64,000 nucleotides of DNA from Squalus acanthias. Its lineage: Eukaryota. The stretch is taken from contig CM059433.1 in the NCBI GenBank assembly GCA_030390025.1, forward strand, positions 10,790,001 through 10,854,000, given 5' to 3'. The position numbers and the translations under genes are program-made. Shown here piece by piece: positions 42,829 to 56,714 of the stretch. Every line of letters starts with the position of its first letter. Positions within the stretch are counted from its first letter, which is position 1. Under the pieces are notes generated by a model. That model was not told the origin of the DNA and did no database searches. It saw nothing but the letters and a program-made list of their open reading frames with translations.

Positions 42829-44530
42829 ACCTTTTAATGCAAAGAAACATCCCAAGGTGCTTTGAAAATAGGCATAAAAACAAAACAGACACTGAGCTCG
42901 GAAGGGAGACGATAGGAGGCTAACAAAACATTTGGTTAAAAAGATAGAATTGGTTTCCATTTCTGAAGAGGACAGAGAGGTGGTGACATGGCGATGATAA
43001 GGGAGGGAATTCTGCCCACAATGGCCCGGGGAAAAGGAAGGGGGATTCACAGAAGGCTGCAAAAGGAGAAGCTGAGCATTTGGAGTGGGTGGGATTGGGC
43101 TGGAGGAGATTGCAGAGATAAAGTGGGGCAAAGCCATGGAGAACTTCATAGACAAAGGCAAGAACTTCGAATGCAATGCATTCAGGGATGAATAGCCCGT
43201 GTAAGTCAACGAGCATGGGGGTGATGGGCGAGCGGGACTCACTGCGACACAGGATATATGTGGCAGTTTTGGACAAATTGGAGCTTATGATGGGTGGCGG
43301 GTGACAACCATGGTTTGAGGCTCCAGTTGTGGCTGCAGCAGGTGACATAGCTCAGTGACAGTCTCCGTGGTGAAGCGCAGGCACCTCACACATTGCTCCT
43401 CAGTGAAGTTGAGGTGGGAGAAGTGCTCCCTGAAGACCCATTGTGGATATCGCCTCCCGCACAGTGCCCTCATCCTCCCACTTTTCCAAGGGTGCTTCTG
43501 CTCTCGCCTGTCTTCTTCGCTGCCCTGTCTCATCCTCCATGCCCTAACGGACAACCCACGACTGAAATAAACTGTTTGCAAAGCAGACAGAAGCAGTCCA
43601 GCACCAGCACTAAGTTTTTTCCCCCTAGAAGTCAGAACTCTCTTGTGGAACAGAGAAAAATAGCCAAAAAATGGCCCAGAAGTTAACCAGCAGCCTAAGA
43701 GGACAAACCAGCAATTAACCTGTATGTAGTGGAAGTGCTCTTTAAAAAGCGCTCCTGCAGGGTCCTTGCTGACTGTTAGAACAATGATTTGCTCAGCGAG
43801 GTTATGATGTGGTGAGTCAGGCGCTGGGGCAGACCACTTTCACAAAAGGGTCCTAAGAACAAGTGTTATAATTATAATGAGCTTGCTGAATTGTTCTGGC
43901 ACCCGCCATGGATGCCTATGGAGCTGCCCGATCTAATATGGCAGGTGAGGCACTTCCAATGTGGGGTGGCGCATGCTCCACCCGCCCTTCTACGGCTGTA
44001 TAACGGCCACAGCACGATTGAATTCCTCGGCCAATTGCAGTGTTGAGCTGGAGGAAGTGATGGTTCATTAAGTCAGGATGTCAGATAAGCAGTCTGACAG
44101 CACAGCAGGAGTTGAAGAATTGAGAAAAGCCATTAAGAGGCAGAGCTGGGCATCACCAGTGTGCGTGTGAAAGTTGAAACCATACCTTTAGATGATGCCA
44201 CTGAGGGGCAGCATGTAGATAAGGAAGATGACGGCTCCGAGGATATATTCTGGGGGACTTCAGATGCTGGAGAGGGATAAGAAGCCATTGCTGGAGATAC
44301 ATTGTTCCCACTCAGATAGATAGGAATGATAGCATGCAAGGGCAGTTCCATGGAGCTGAACAATGGAGGAGAGGTATTGGAGGAGGGTGGCATGGTCAAC
44401 TATATTGAACACTGTTGAAATGTTGAGAATGAGAAATAACAATGCATGAGTCACAGAGGATGCCATGCATAACTTAGATGTTAGCTCAGGCCATTTCAGT
44501 GCTACAAACATCGCATGCTTGTGACCTTGG
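42829..44530 (-). mobile_element. Old L2 LINE fragment interrupted by a decayed Harbinger (about 43270-44032)
   Basis: SPITPMLVDLHGL...YLCNLLQP (ORF 42920-43348) and LILNISTVFNIVDHATLL (ORF 44260-44511) are L2-like ORF2 remnants. Confidence 0.6.
43285..43545 (-). pseudogene. Decayed Harbinger transposase N-terminal fragment
   Basis: RRYPQWVFREHFSHLNFTEEQCVRCLRFTTETVTELCHLLQPQLEPQ aligns to RAYPPRVYREQLSYIHMSEELCLRRLRFSKEVVTELCHLLQPDLQPQ. Confidence 0.85.
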
Positions 44531-45086
44531 TTAAGGTCTTTATGTTCTTGTGCCTAATCGGTCATATTATGTAACATATGCAAATTTAAAACATCTTAAT
44601 GATATGGAATGAACCACAAATTCAGTATACCGCTCCAGACTCTTCAGACTGCATGCCTTCCAAGATCTCCTTTCCATATGGACCTACAATAGCTTATACA
44701 TAATGAATGAGTTGTTTCACACATGGGGGTCCATTACTTATTCTATGCAGTTATTTCCAATTACATACAAGTTCAAACTTAAAAATGAGAGTCCTGGGGA
44801 CTGAGACAGGGCAATTTCACCCACAAAAATCCCTTTATGCAATACATTTTTCTTGTCATGTCATGCATAATGTATTTTGTACAAATATTTTCACTTCTAA
44901 TGCCTTATTTCCTACATTCTTGTTAACAATTCTCTGTGACATCAATTTTTTTTTGGCATATGTTGTTTTTCACTGCAACTTGCCTTCATATCCATACTCG
45001 CTTTTAAACGTTTCTTTAAGCTGTGCAATAACTTCTGGTCCTCTCACCAGGACCTCTGAGTCATTAATACTATGTTGACTCTTTCA

Positions 45087-45232
45087 GTGAGAAGTCGCAC
45101 AACACCAGGTTATAGTCCTTTTTCTTGGTTTCGAGGTTGCGGCATCTGCTGTAGAGCTGGTGTACGAGATGGTTGAGGAGTGTGCGAGAGGTACGACGGC
45201 AGAGTCTCTCAGCGTAGTCTGTGTTGTATGCT
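45087..45232. mobile_element. Penelope P2 terminus fused to a probable ORF fragment
   Basis: GTGAGAAGTCGCACAACACCAGGTTATAGTCC matches the 34939 terminus. It is followed by a coding-like minus-strand stretch, YNTDYAERLCRRTSRTLLNHLVHQLYSRCRNLETK. Confidence 0.55.
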
Positions 45233-46319
45233 TTCAGTGATGGACTGCCATGCAAGCTGTCTCTTTTGGCACAGTTGGTAGCTTTCTTCCCCGACCAAAA
45301 ATCAATTCACATTTCTCTGCAGCAGAGCTTCCCCAGGATCTGCAAGGCTTATTCAACGAATGTGCGTTTTTCTTAAATGGTTTGCTAAGCCCGCCTCAAT
45401 AAATTCTGCACTGCACGGCTGGATCAACTGCCTGACAAAATTTATACCGGTGAAGCGGCTCCTTAACTGTTTGAGAAGCATTAAAGGATCGTTTTTACCG
45501 ATATGTTGTGATTGGCTGCTGTTTCTGCAAACAAAACTGCATTCACTTGAATCTGATCCTTTAAAACCAATTTTTCCCCGCAGTTTTATTAGTGAGTCAT
45601 AAATTAAGAAAAATGGACGTTACTGCTTTTAAAAAAAAACAAGACTAAAATATGCCCCCAGGTAATTATTATTTATTTGGACAAGTACTTTAGTGTGCTG
45701 TCAGGTACTCCGAAAATTTAAACAAGTCATATGGAAGGGGAGTATCATGGAAAATGAAGTCATTAGTGAGCAAGTAATAGGCCATACCATAAAAAACAAT
45801 TTGTATAATTATCCCCAAAGTCAGCCAATACCTGCAGGTATTTGATAATCGTATTTTTTTCCACACAGTCATGGGTGTATACTGCTTAAGTTATATGCAC
45901 TCATGAATGTGTGGATCGAATGACACATGTAGTTATAGAGTCATAGAGTCATAATAGAGTTATACAGCACAGAAAGAGGCCCTTCGGCCCATCATGTCCG
46001 CGCCGGCCATCAAGCCCTGTCTATTCTAATCCCATTTTCCAGCACTTTGTCCGTAGATAGAGTTATGTCCCACCAAAGGCCATGACGATCCAATGTAAGG
46101 AGCCTGCGCACTGACATAATGTCAAGGCCTGTCTTGATGAGCCAAAAGGAAAAAAAATACATATTTTTTACCATATGTGTACTTTTTGATAATAAATAGA
46201 AGCTCAGAATTGACTCTACAGATTTATAAAGGTAATCAAGTAAAATAGAGAAGGCTGAGTTTATGGAGCCATATGCATCCAAACAAACTGTAATAATCTC
46301 AGAGACTAAATTTATGGGA

Positions 46320-46622
46320 ATCACAGTCTCAGAATAAGGGGTCGGCCGTTTAGGACTGAGATGAGGAGAAATTTCTTCACTCAGAGGGTGGTGAATCTTT
46401 GGAATTCTCTACCCCAGAGGGCTGTGGAGGCTCAGTCATTGATTATATTCAAGGTAGATATCGATAGGTTTTTGAATATTAAGGGAATCAAGGGATATGG
46501 GGATAGTGCAGGAAACTGGAGATGAGGCAGAAGATCAGCCATGATCTTATTGAATGGCGGAGCAGGCTCGAAGGGCTAAATGGCCTACTCCTGCTCCTAT
46601 TTCTTATGTTCTTATGTTCTTA
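46320..46622 (+). mobile_element. CR1 LINE 3' fragment
   Basis: Near-identical to 38953-39253. Confidence 0.85.
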
Positions 46623-46865
46623 AATACTGACAAACCTTATTGTGGATTAAGTTAGTTTTTGCCAGTTTTCTCAATTACCCAGATGTTTTCTGCTGTCAAC
46701 TCACATGCAATGAACCCAAGTAACTTCTTTCTTTCTAATCTGATGTTGCATGTGTGGAGATGGCAAAGGCACTGTTTCAGTTAAAAAAATATATTATTAA
46801 CGACATGACAATGATGTGAATAAGGTGTCCCAATTTTGTCCTGACTCTTGAATGTTGAGAAGAAT

Positions 46866-47478
46866 GGGCCGGATTTTCCGCCTGCTTTTTGCACAACTTC
46901 CGCCCGCTGATTGACTGTCAAATTCTTACACCTGGTAAAAGCAGGCCTTGTGCGTAAGGCTTGCTTTTACCAGCTTAAGAGTTTAAAAAAATAGAAAAAT
47001 GAAATTTGATAACTCATTTATAACTTAAAAATACTCTTCAAAAAGGTAAGTTTATTTTTAGCCGCGTAAAACCATTTAATTTTTTCCCCCCAAAAATTTA
47101 ATTTTTGTTTAAAATATTTAATTACATGGCATTTGAATTAATTTTAATTATGTAGTGTTTTTAAAAAATGTATTTAATGTTTTAGTGCATTTTTAAATGT
47201 GATCCCCATTCATACTTTTGACAGTTCTGTGTGTACGGACCTGTCAAAAGTATGAAGGGAGATTCCCTTCTTCCATTGGTTCGCCTGGCCCACGTGATCC
47301 CAGGGGCGCTTGCGAACCGCATGCGTCCTTGGGATACCTGGGCCTCCACGCATTTCGAAGAGGAGAGGCCCAAGATCGCAAGCCTCGGGATCTATGGAAC
47401 CAGCAGGTAAGTTCATAGATTTTTTTTCCGATCAGAGGCATCCGCCCACAGGAAGCCTCTGATCGGAAATTCAGGGCC
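46866..47478 (+). mobile_element. Non-autonomous Harbinger-type element, family A, copy 3 (internal deletion)
   Basis: TIRs GGGCCGGATTTTCCG / CGGAAATTCAGGGCC. TSD AAT at 46863-46865 and 47479-47481. Confidence 0.9.
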
Positions 47479-47949
47479 AATATTTTTCCTAATAAGGCTC
47501 TTGACAATGGCGAAGTAGAATAAAAGAAAGGACTCTGATCTTGCTGACATCAAGTCCCATCATCCCCTACTTATGGTGGCGTTAATGGATGATGGTGGGG
47601 ATGGACCTGGAGGACCTTTCAGGATTCCTTGCCAGTCTTTTGGGTAAGTTCAGAATCCATAGTGGCCAGTGAACAATTGAAAATTGTTTTCTGTTGTTTG
47701 CCCTTCACCCCCCATTTGATCATTGAGCCTGTTTTTTCCTTTCAAATTTATACTAATAAGTTAACTGGGATGACAGAGCAAGCAGTGCTTCACACTTGCA
47801 AAGCTGTAACATAAACTGAATATATACAAATTAGTTCCATATAATGGATCTTTACCTGGACTAAAATTCCTCACTATGGTTCACTGTATGCTCCTTCCTA
47901 TGATTATCATAGATTTACATCCTTAAATATCACTGCATTCAGGGTAAGT

Positions 47950-48680
47950 ATAGAATCATAGAAAAATTACGACACAGAAGGAGGCCATTCGGCCCATCTT
48001 GTCCGTGCCGGTCGGAAAAGAGCTACCCAGCCTAATCCCACCTTCCAGCACTAGGTCCGTAGCCCTGTAGGTTACGGCTCTTCAGGTGCACATCCAAGTA
48101 CTTTTAAAATGTGATGAGGGTCTCTGCCTCTACCACCCTTTTGGGCAGTGAGTTCCAGACCCCCATTTTTTTCCTCAGCTCCCCTCTAATCCTTCTACCA
48201 ACTACTTTAAATCTATGCCCTCTGGTTCCTGACCCCTCTGCTAAGGGAAATAGGTCCTTCCTATCCACTCTATCTAGGCCCCTCATAATTTTATACACCT
48301 CAATTAAATCTCCCCTCAGCCTCCTCTGTTCCAAGGAAAACAACCCCAGCCTATCCAATCTTTCCTCACAGCTGAAGTTTTCCATTCCTAGCAACATCCT
48401 CGTAAATCTCCTCTGCATTCCCTCCAGTGCAATCACATCCTTCCTGTAATGTGGTGACCAGAACTGCATGCAGTACTCTAGCTGTGGCCTAACCAGTGTT
48501 GTATACAGTTCTAGCATAACTTCCCTGCTCTTATATTCTATGCCTCAGCTAATAAAGGAATTAACTACTTTATCGATCTGTCCTGCTACCTTTAAGGATC
48601 TGTGGACATACACTTCAAGGTCCCTCTGTTCCTCCACACCTCTCAGTATCCTCCCATTAATTGTGCATTCCCTTGCCTTG
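47950..48680 (-). mobile_element. CR1 LINE 3' fragment
   Basis: LYTTLVRPQLEYCMQFWSPHYRKDVIALE...RRLRGDLIEVYKI. Confidence 0.9.
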
Positions 48681-50639
48681 TCAAGTAGACTTTTGTCAAT
48701 TCTACTGAATGGGCTGAGAAAAAAAATAAACAAATTCAATTAAGAGGTGGAATGGTAGGATTGTCCTGGTATTTCCCATGCAATAATCTCAGGTGATACA
48801 TAGTTCATTGAGCACTCCACATTCCCAGCAGAGCAACTTACCATTCAACATTCCATAATTTATCAACTTTTAAGATTCTAAGATAAGATTTTTGAAGATC
48901 GCAGATGATAGTTTTAGATATTAGGGGTGGATGTGAGGACCAGGAAGGTGGGGTAGAGACCTGATTGCCAAGTCTGCGTGCTTTTAATGCAGGGCTTTTC
49001 TACGTGGGGGAGGAACTTGATCTGCACCTCCACAAGACATAGGCCAGATCGAACCATGCTACAGAGGTAGGAAGGGTCTTCCTGGCCTCCTGCCTCTTTT
49101 TCCAGATGCTATGCTTGCAGGGTGCCCAAGCGCCAGGGTGCCCAGAAGAGCTGGCGTGGTATCCTGTCTCCGAACTTCCGCTGACCAGAGCTTCCTTGGG
49201 ATCCCGAGGTCTACTGATAATCTGTTGCTTAATTTCTGTCCACTCTTTAATATGTGGATAGAAAACACACATAGTTCTGTTCAAAGTCCATTCTAGGGAA
49301 CTTTGTCAGATGTCAATAATCTTAACGGTCAAGGTCCATCCTGCTGACCCGACTGGAAAAAAAACCATTCATTTCCATTTTTCTGAAATAGTAGTGTGGG
49401 TTGAGTCTTTGGGTGAATTGAAACCTTTGACTGGAATGCTTGTCAGTACTAAAACTTGGACTTTTACTATATCTGATAGACTTTGACATGAATCTGTCAT
49501 TCATGACTTATGAAATAATACTGAGTGGCCTGCGGGTGGCGCTGTCCAGGGAGAGTATAAATACTCGGGCACGGGCCCAGCTTGCGCAGGACATTCTTTA
49601 ACAGGAACTAGTGAAGGACGCAACTAGACCTCCATGTTGTAAAACAGTTGATTAAAGCTTTGTTTAACGCTGAGACCAAGTGCCTAGTAGTTTTCTTACG
49701 TCAGACTTAACCTAGATTTCAAAAGTATTTTAGCTGAAAGGGCAGTTATGTTGTACTTTATGAAGCAAAGTAGATCCCCTTTGTACTGATTGCCTGAAAG
49801 GATGATGTATTATGATTGGCAATTAACTACCTGCACCGTTCTCTGAGTAATAGGCTGTCGATTGCTTTTTCGTTTTGCAATGGATGATGCCATTGACCTA
49901 AATAAATACAGCTGGAACCAACATGTCCATTTAGGTCGGCGTGACCCTGCTCATTTAGAACTATTGTATTAACATTAATATTTAGGATGCTGAGTTGGTG
50001 GATTGGACATTGACCAATTCTGGCTCCTTTGCAGCTCATAAATCTTGCAACCTTCTACTCAACTAGCTTAACTGCATTACAGCTCTGGGACACACTAGAG
50101 CTCTCATTTTATGGTCTCAGTTTTCAACAGCATTGACATGCCAATCTTTGTGTTTGTGCTATTTTATATACTTTATCACTCCATGTTTAAATAAGTTTAA
50201 TAATGCTGGTTCAGACACATTTATGCTCAAAGACGACAAGCTTTAGCAATTGCAAAGGGGTGGAATGGCTGACCACAGTGCAGTTACATCTATTGCTATC
50301 CTTTCTGTTGGGCTAATTATTATAGTTAGGGTAGGACAGGCATAGTTTGTTCTTTTTCTGCATATTTTATTAAAAAAAACATTTCAAATTGATGGGATAG
50401 ACCAACAATAACACTGGGGTCTAAAGATGGGATGCCAGTTTACAAAGGTTAAAGAAAATTGCAAAGGGCGTTTTAGTTGATCCACAGACCTGCAGCACAG
50501 GTTGTACAATAAGTCCATTGATTCAGTCATATTGACAGGGATATTTGCTTTAAAATGGATATTGTTGCTATGGGAAAAATTAATTAGGATCCAAGCAACT
50601 AGTTCCGATCCAAGGCTTTAGATGTGGAGCTCAAATGCA

Positions 50640-51088
50640 GTGTCAGCCGTGGCTCAGTGGGTAGCACACTCACCTCTGAGTCAGAAGGTTGTGGGTTCAA
50701 GTCCCACTCCAGGGACTTGAGCACATAAAGCTAGGCTGACACTCCCAGTGCAGTGCTGAGGGAGTGCCGCACTGTTGGAGGTGCTGTCTTTCAGATGAGA
50801 CGCTAAACCAAGGCCCTGTCTGCTCTCTCTCAGGTGGACGTAAAAGATCCCATGGCACTATTTCGAAGAAGAGCAGGGGAGTTATCCCTGGTATCCTGGC
50901 CAATATTTATCCCTCAATCAACATCACTAAAATAAATTATCTAGTCATTATCACATGTGTGCAAATTGGCTGCCATGTTTCCCACATCACAACAATGACT
51001 GCACTCCAAAAAGTACTTCATTAGCTGTAAAGTGCTTTGAGACATCCGGTGGTTGTGAAAGGTGCTATATAAATGCAAGTTTTTCTTT
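50640..51088 (+). mobile_element. SacSINE1-like Deu-SINE, near full-length
   Basis: tRNA-like head (TGGCTCAGTGGG; GGTTCAAGTCCC), Deu-like core and L2-like tail. Confidence 0.9.
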
Positions 51089-51146
51089 CAAATGAGAAAT
51101 GTCCATGCTCAGCTATGATGCCATCCACAGTCTGGACTCACATATA

Positions 51147-51909
51147 AAGATGTCCAACACCACCTTCAGTGTGCCAGTGCAGCCTTCGGTCGCCTGAGGA
51201 AGAGAGTCTTTGAAGACCAGGACCTCAAACCCAGCACCAAACTCATGGTCTACAGAGCAGTATTGATACCCGCCCTCCTGTATGCCTCAGAGACATGGAC
51301 CATGTACAGCAGGCACCTCAAAGCACTGGAGAGGTACCACCAATGCTGCCTCTGCAAGATCCTGCAAATCCATTGGCAGGATAGGCGCACCAACGTCAGT
51401 GTTCTCGCTCAGGCCAACATCCCCAGCATCGAAGCTTTGACCACACTCGATCAGCTCCGATGGACGGGCCACATCGTCCACATGCCCGATACGAGACTCC
51501 CAAAACAAACGGTCTACTCGGAGCTCTGCCACGGCAAGAGAGCCCCAGGTGGGCAGAGGAAACGCTTCAAGGACACCCTCAAAGCCGCCTTGAAAAAGTG
51601 CAACATCCCCACCGACACCTGGGAATCACTGGCCCAAGACCGCACAAAGTGGAGGAGAAGCATCCGGGAAGGCGTCAAACACCTTGAATCTCTTTGCCGG
51701 GAGCAAGCGGATGCCAAGCGCAAGCAGCGCAAGGAGCGCACGTTAACCCAAGCACCCCACCCACCCGCCCCTTCAACCACCGTCTGCCCCACCTGTGACA
51801 GAGACTGTAGGTCCCGCATTGGACTCATCAGTCACCTGAGAACTCATTTTTAGTGTGGAAGCAAGTCATCCTCGGTTCCGAGGTACTGCCTAAGAAGAAG
51901 ATAAAGAAG
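51147..51909 (+). mobile_element. RTE-clade LINE 3' fragment
   Basis: ORF 51245-51853 carries RTE C-terminal motifs and a CPTC..HLRTH finger; AAGAAG tail. Confidence 0.9.
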
Positions 51910-52899
51910 GGCCTGGGCCTATGAAATAGTAGTCCAATGAGAGTTAGTGCCCGAGGAATATATAAATACACATTGTTGTTGTTGTGGGAGAAGGGAAAAT
52001 GAGGGAGCAGAAAAGTTACGTTAAAAAAAAAGGCTAAATATTTGGGGATTTTTTGAATCCACATTCTTAAAAAATACCACAGGACACATTGAACTCCACA
52101 CCCAAAGCTCCGTGCCAGGAATGAAAATGAGTAAAATCTGCCCTTTTACATCTTCTCTGTTGTTTCCCATTTTTTCTATTTGCTAATCGTTCCCATACCT
52201 TTTCTGTCCTATATTTATATTTTTAACTTAAATTTTACTTCGTTTCCAGCTCATGCAACTGATCTTTTCCAACAGCTTATTTCTCTTAAAACCTTTAAAA
52301 AATCTTCACTTACCTTCTTTCTTCTTCCTACTTCACATTGTCCCACTTTGGAGGTGGAAAGCGTTTAGTTGGCTCAAATAGGCTCCATAGACCTTTTTTT
52401 TAAGCCAATTTATTCGCACAAGTTTTTTTTAAAAAAACGAGCACTGAGATGAAAGGTAAGTTAAAATGTTATTTTTCTGCAAAGACTGTAAACAATAAGC
52501 AATTCATTAGCCTGTCTTGGTAATCGATAAACACCTCACTTATTGCGTTGGGAGGCCCCAGGCACTCAGCAGAGAGTCTCTGTCTCCCCTCAGGAACACA
52601 TGAAGGTTAAAAACAGTGACAGAGACACAGGCGGTCGTCAGGTTTTTAAACAGAAAGCTGCAAAAAGCAAGCTTTCTCCAGACTGAGATGGAGATTGCGG
52701 GTTGGCGGGGGTTGCGGGGGGTGGGGGTTGGTAATCAGGAGTAATTTTGTTGTAGTCAAGTAAGATGACCCACTGACGTGAAGAAGTGCAGCCTGTTTAT
52801 TATTTTTGTATTATTACACAAAGATAAGTTGTATGATTTGGACTTGGGTACAAGGGAGCGTGATATTAAAGGTTGCTGTTGAAAAGTAAGGGGCTTAGC

Positions 52900-54180
52900 A
52901 AACAGTGAGATGGATTGTAAACAATTTCTGGAGAACATGGACAGTTTGTGGGGGCAGACTGATGGAGGATGTAATTTAATGAGAAGTGTATGTGAGGTAG
53001 TGCATTTTGGGAGAGAAATTAGGAATAGAAGTGTACAGTCAATGGAAAGACACTCATGAACATGGAGGAACAGAGAGAGACCCAAGGATTTAAATACAAA
53101 AACTCCTTGGAAATCTGAGTGCAGATGGATAAGGCCACTGGCATTTTGGATTTTATAAATGGGGCATAGAGTATAAGAACAAAGAGGTAGAGATAAATTC
53201 GTACAAGTCAATGGTTAGACTACAATAAGACTAGTGTGAACTGTTTTAAGCACTCCATTATAGAAAGGATATTAAAGCCAGAGAGAGCATACAGCATAGA
53301 TTCACCAGGATGATGCCAGCGATGGGAAACTACAGTTGTGAGAAATACCTGAGATATTGAGACTATTTCCACTGGAGCAAAGAAGGCTAAGAGGTGATTT
53401 AATAGAGGTTTTTGAAATTTTGAAGGATTTTGATAGTGCACTCCTGTGCAGTGCCTCGATTTCAAAATTCTCATCCTTGCTTTCCAATCCCTCCATGGCC
53501 TCGCCCCCTCCCTATCTCTGTAATCTCCTTCAGCCCCACAACCCCCCCGAGATATCTACGCTCCTCTAATTCTGCCCTGAGGATCCCTGATTATAATCGC
53601 TCAACCATTGGTGGCCGTGCCTTCTGTTGCCTAGGCCCGAAGCTCTGGAATTCCCTGCCTAAACCTCTCCGCCTCGCTACCCCTCTCTTTCCTCCTTTAA
53701 GACGCTCCTTAAAACCTACCTCTTTGACAAAGTTTTTGGTCACCAGCCCTAATTTATCCTTATGTGGCTCGGTGTCAAATTTTTTTGTCTTAAAATACTC
53801 CTGTGCAGCGCCTTGGGACATTTTACTACGTTAAAGGCGCTATATAAATACAAGTTGCTGTTGTTGTTGAATAGTGGTTGGGGATTATCAATTTAAAATG
53901 ATCACAAAAAGAGCAAAGCAATGGATTATGACCAGTGAGATTTCTTTACGCAGAGTTGTTGGACCACGGAATGTTTTACCACCGAGAATAGTTGAGGCAG
54001 AAAACATTGCTCTTTTGAGGGAAAACTGGATAAATATTTGAAGCAAGCGTACAGGGCTTTGGAAGGAGTGCAGGGCTTTGGAAGGAGAGCAGGGCCGTGG
54101 AGTTAGTTATGGATTCTCTAGGAAAGAGTCAGCACAGAAAATTTGGGGTGCACGGCCTCCTTTTGTGCTGTGGGCTTCTA
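52900..54180 (+). mobile_element. Old CR1 fragment interrupted by an L2 3' end (53450-53870)
   Basis: CR1 LEQRRLRGDLIEVFEI up to about 53432, then the L2 tail (TTG)n to 53870, after which CR1-like sequence resumes. Confidence 0.65.
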
Positions 54181-54459
54181 TGGGTCTTGGCACCTCTGTG
54201 GCTTTTCGAATTTTTCTCCCCATGGACATCAGTGCCGTCTCTTTAAACATGAAATGAATAGGTCAGAAAAGAAAAGAAAGTCTTGCATTTGTTTAGCACC
54301 TTATTGCATTTTTCAAGAAATATCTTAGCTCACAATCAATAAGTTACTTTGACGTGCAGTGCATGTTTTTATGTAGGCAATTATGACAGCCATTTTGTGC
54401 TCAGCAAGATCCTACAAAAAAAATGCAACAAATGTCTAGTTGAACTATTTTAGGTGCTA

Positions 54460-55040
54460 GAATCATCGAATCATAGAAATGTACCACACAGAAGGAGGCC
54501 ATTTTGGCCCATCGTGTCCGCGCCGGCCGACCAAGAGTTGTCCAGCCTAATCCCACTTTCCAGCTCTTGGTCCGTAGCCCTGTAGGTTACGGCACTTCAA
54601 GTGCACACCCAAGCACTTTTTAAATGTGGTGAGGGTTTCTGCCTCCACCACCCTTTCAGGCAATGAGTTCCAGACCCCCACTGCCCTCTGGGTGAAGAAA
54701 TTTCCCCTCAAATCCCCTCTAAACCTCCTACCAAATACTTTAAATCTATGCCCCCTGGTTGTTGACCCCTCTGCTAAGGGAAATAGGTCCTTCCTATCCA
54801 CTCTATCTAGGCCCCTCATAATTTTATACACCTCAATAAAGTCTCCCCTCAGCCTCCTCTATTCCAAAGAAAACAAACCCCAGCCTATCCAATCTCTCCT
54901 CGTAGCTAAAATTCTCCAGTCCTGGCAACATCCTCGTAAATCTCCTCTGTACCCTCTCTAGTGCAATCACATCCTTCCTGTAATGTGGTGACCAGAACTG
55001 CACGCAGTATTCTAGCTGTGGCCTAACTAATGTTTATACA
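54460..55040 (-). mobile_element. CR1 LINE 3' fragment
   Basis: YKIMRGLDRVDRKDLFPL...NFFTQRAVGVWNSLP; same subfamily as 47950-48680. Confidence 0.9.
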
Positions 55041-55948
55041 GTTGGTTGTTGGGGGGATATTGGCAAGCACACTGGGGGAACCCCCTGCTCTTCTTTGAGT
55101 AGTGGCATGGCATCGTGTACATCCCCCAGAACCACTGGAACAGGCAGATGGCGCCTTGGATTAATCTTTTATCCAAGAGATGGCACTTCCAACAATACAG
55201 TACTCCCTCAATAGAGCACTGAAATATCAGCCTAGATTAATGGAGATGATAAAAGAATTAGGATGAGAACCTTTGTGAACACACAATGATACAAGTTTCA
55301 GATTTGCAAATGCATTGCTTCGGAAAAGGAAATTGTTTATTTTTAACTTCACGCTTAAAAAAGTGAAGAATTGAACTGCCTGTCACTGGACTCTACACAT
55401 CTCCTTGAACTTTTGAACCCACGTGATGGATTACTCATCACTGAACTTTCAGTACTGGCTGAGGATTTTTTCTAAACAAGATCTCTGTTTTCAAATCTGA
55501 GACGTGGACAGTCAATGCTTTGTTCTGTCACAAATCCTTACAAATTAGAGAGTTAACTGGAATTAATTCCCACTCACACACCTGAAACAAATTACCAGAG
55601 AAAAGCAAGATTTGTGGAATAACAGTAACAACTGTGTGTGTGGAGCTTGAATAATATTGAAGATAAACCACTCCTTTTACAGGATCAATTGTGTATCTTT
55701 ATTCACCACTACACTGCCTTGATATCATCTGTTGAAAAGAATCATTGACAGATTATGTTTGAAGAGTAGATGCTTTCTCTAGGAAAGGCTAAAACCTCAT
55801 AAAGAAATTTGCTGTCAGGACTGGAGCATCATTTTAACACTCGACAGTGTGTCAAATGACTAAATAAACAGTGCAAAGGAAAATATAAGCAATCTGTACC
55901 GTGGCCAAAGAGTAGATTTTACACTGATTTTAATTTGTTCTCAATAAT

Positions 55949-56420
55949 GTGTCAGCTGTGGCTCAGTGGGTAGCACACTTGCCTTCTGAGTTAGAAGGTT
56001 GTGGGTGACAAGTCCCACTCCGAGGACCTGAGCATATAAAGCTAGGCTGACACTCCCAGTGCAGTGCTGAGGGAGTGCTGCACTGTCGGAGGTGCCGTCT
56101 TTCAGATGAGACGTTAAACCGAGGCCCCGTCTGCTCTCTCGGGTGGACGTAAAAGATCCCAAGGCACTATTTTGAAGAAGAGCAGGGGAGTTACCCCCGG
56201 TGTCCTGGGGCCAATATTTATCCCTCAACCAACATAACAAAAACAGATTATCTGGTCATTATCACATTGCTGTTTGTGGGAGCTTGCTGTGAGCAATTTG
56301 GCTGCCGCGTTTCCCACATTACAACAGTGACTACACTTCAAAAAGTACTTCATTGGCTGTAAAGTGCTTTGAGACGTTGGGTGGTCGTGAAAGGCGCTAT
56401 AGAAATGTAAGTCTTTCTTT
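55949..56420 (+). mobile_element. SacSINE1-like Deu-SINE, full-length
   Basis: Complete head, core (CTGTCGGAGGTGCCGTCTTTCAGATGAGACGTTAAACCGAGG) and tail GAAAGGCGCTATAGAAATGTAAGTCTTTC. Confidence 0.9.
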
Positions 56421-56714
56421 TATTGGAAAAGTAATTCTTGCAACAACCAAGCCCTAGTTTTACGTATGATTTGTCAGCCTTCCTATCATAATAACTTCTA
56501 TCAGTCACAGGCACCTGTACATGCTGCGAGCTGTAACTTGCTGCCATGTTAAGTCTCTTCAGCTGGTAGTCAGGGAACCTGTGTGAACTTGAGGTACATA
56601 TAAGCATAGGCCTCCTACAGAAAACTTTTGTCACAGAAAAGGCTATTGCATAAGTAAGTTTGATCATTGCTTTGTACATTTTGTAATTTCTTTTGTTATG
56701 CTATAAACAGAGAA

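Noticed and set aside
50640..50712. tRNA gene
   Set aside because: The A/B-box-like sequence is the head of a SINE and continues into the SINE body; the same applies to the other SINE heads.
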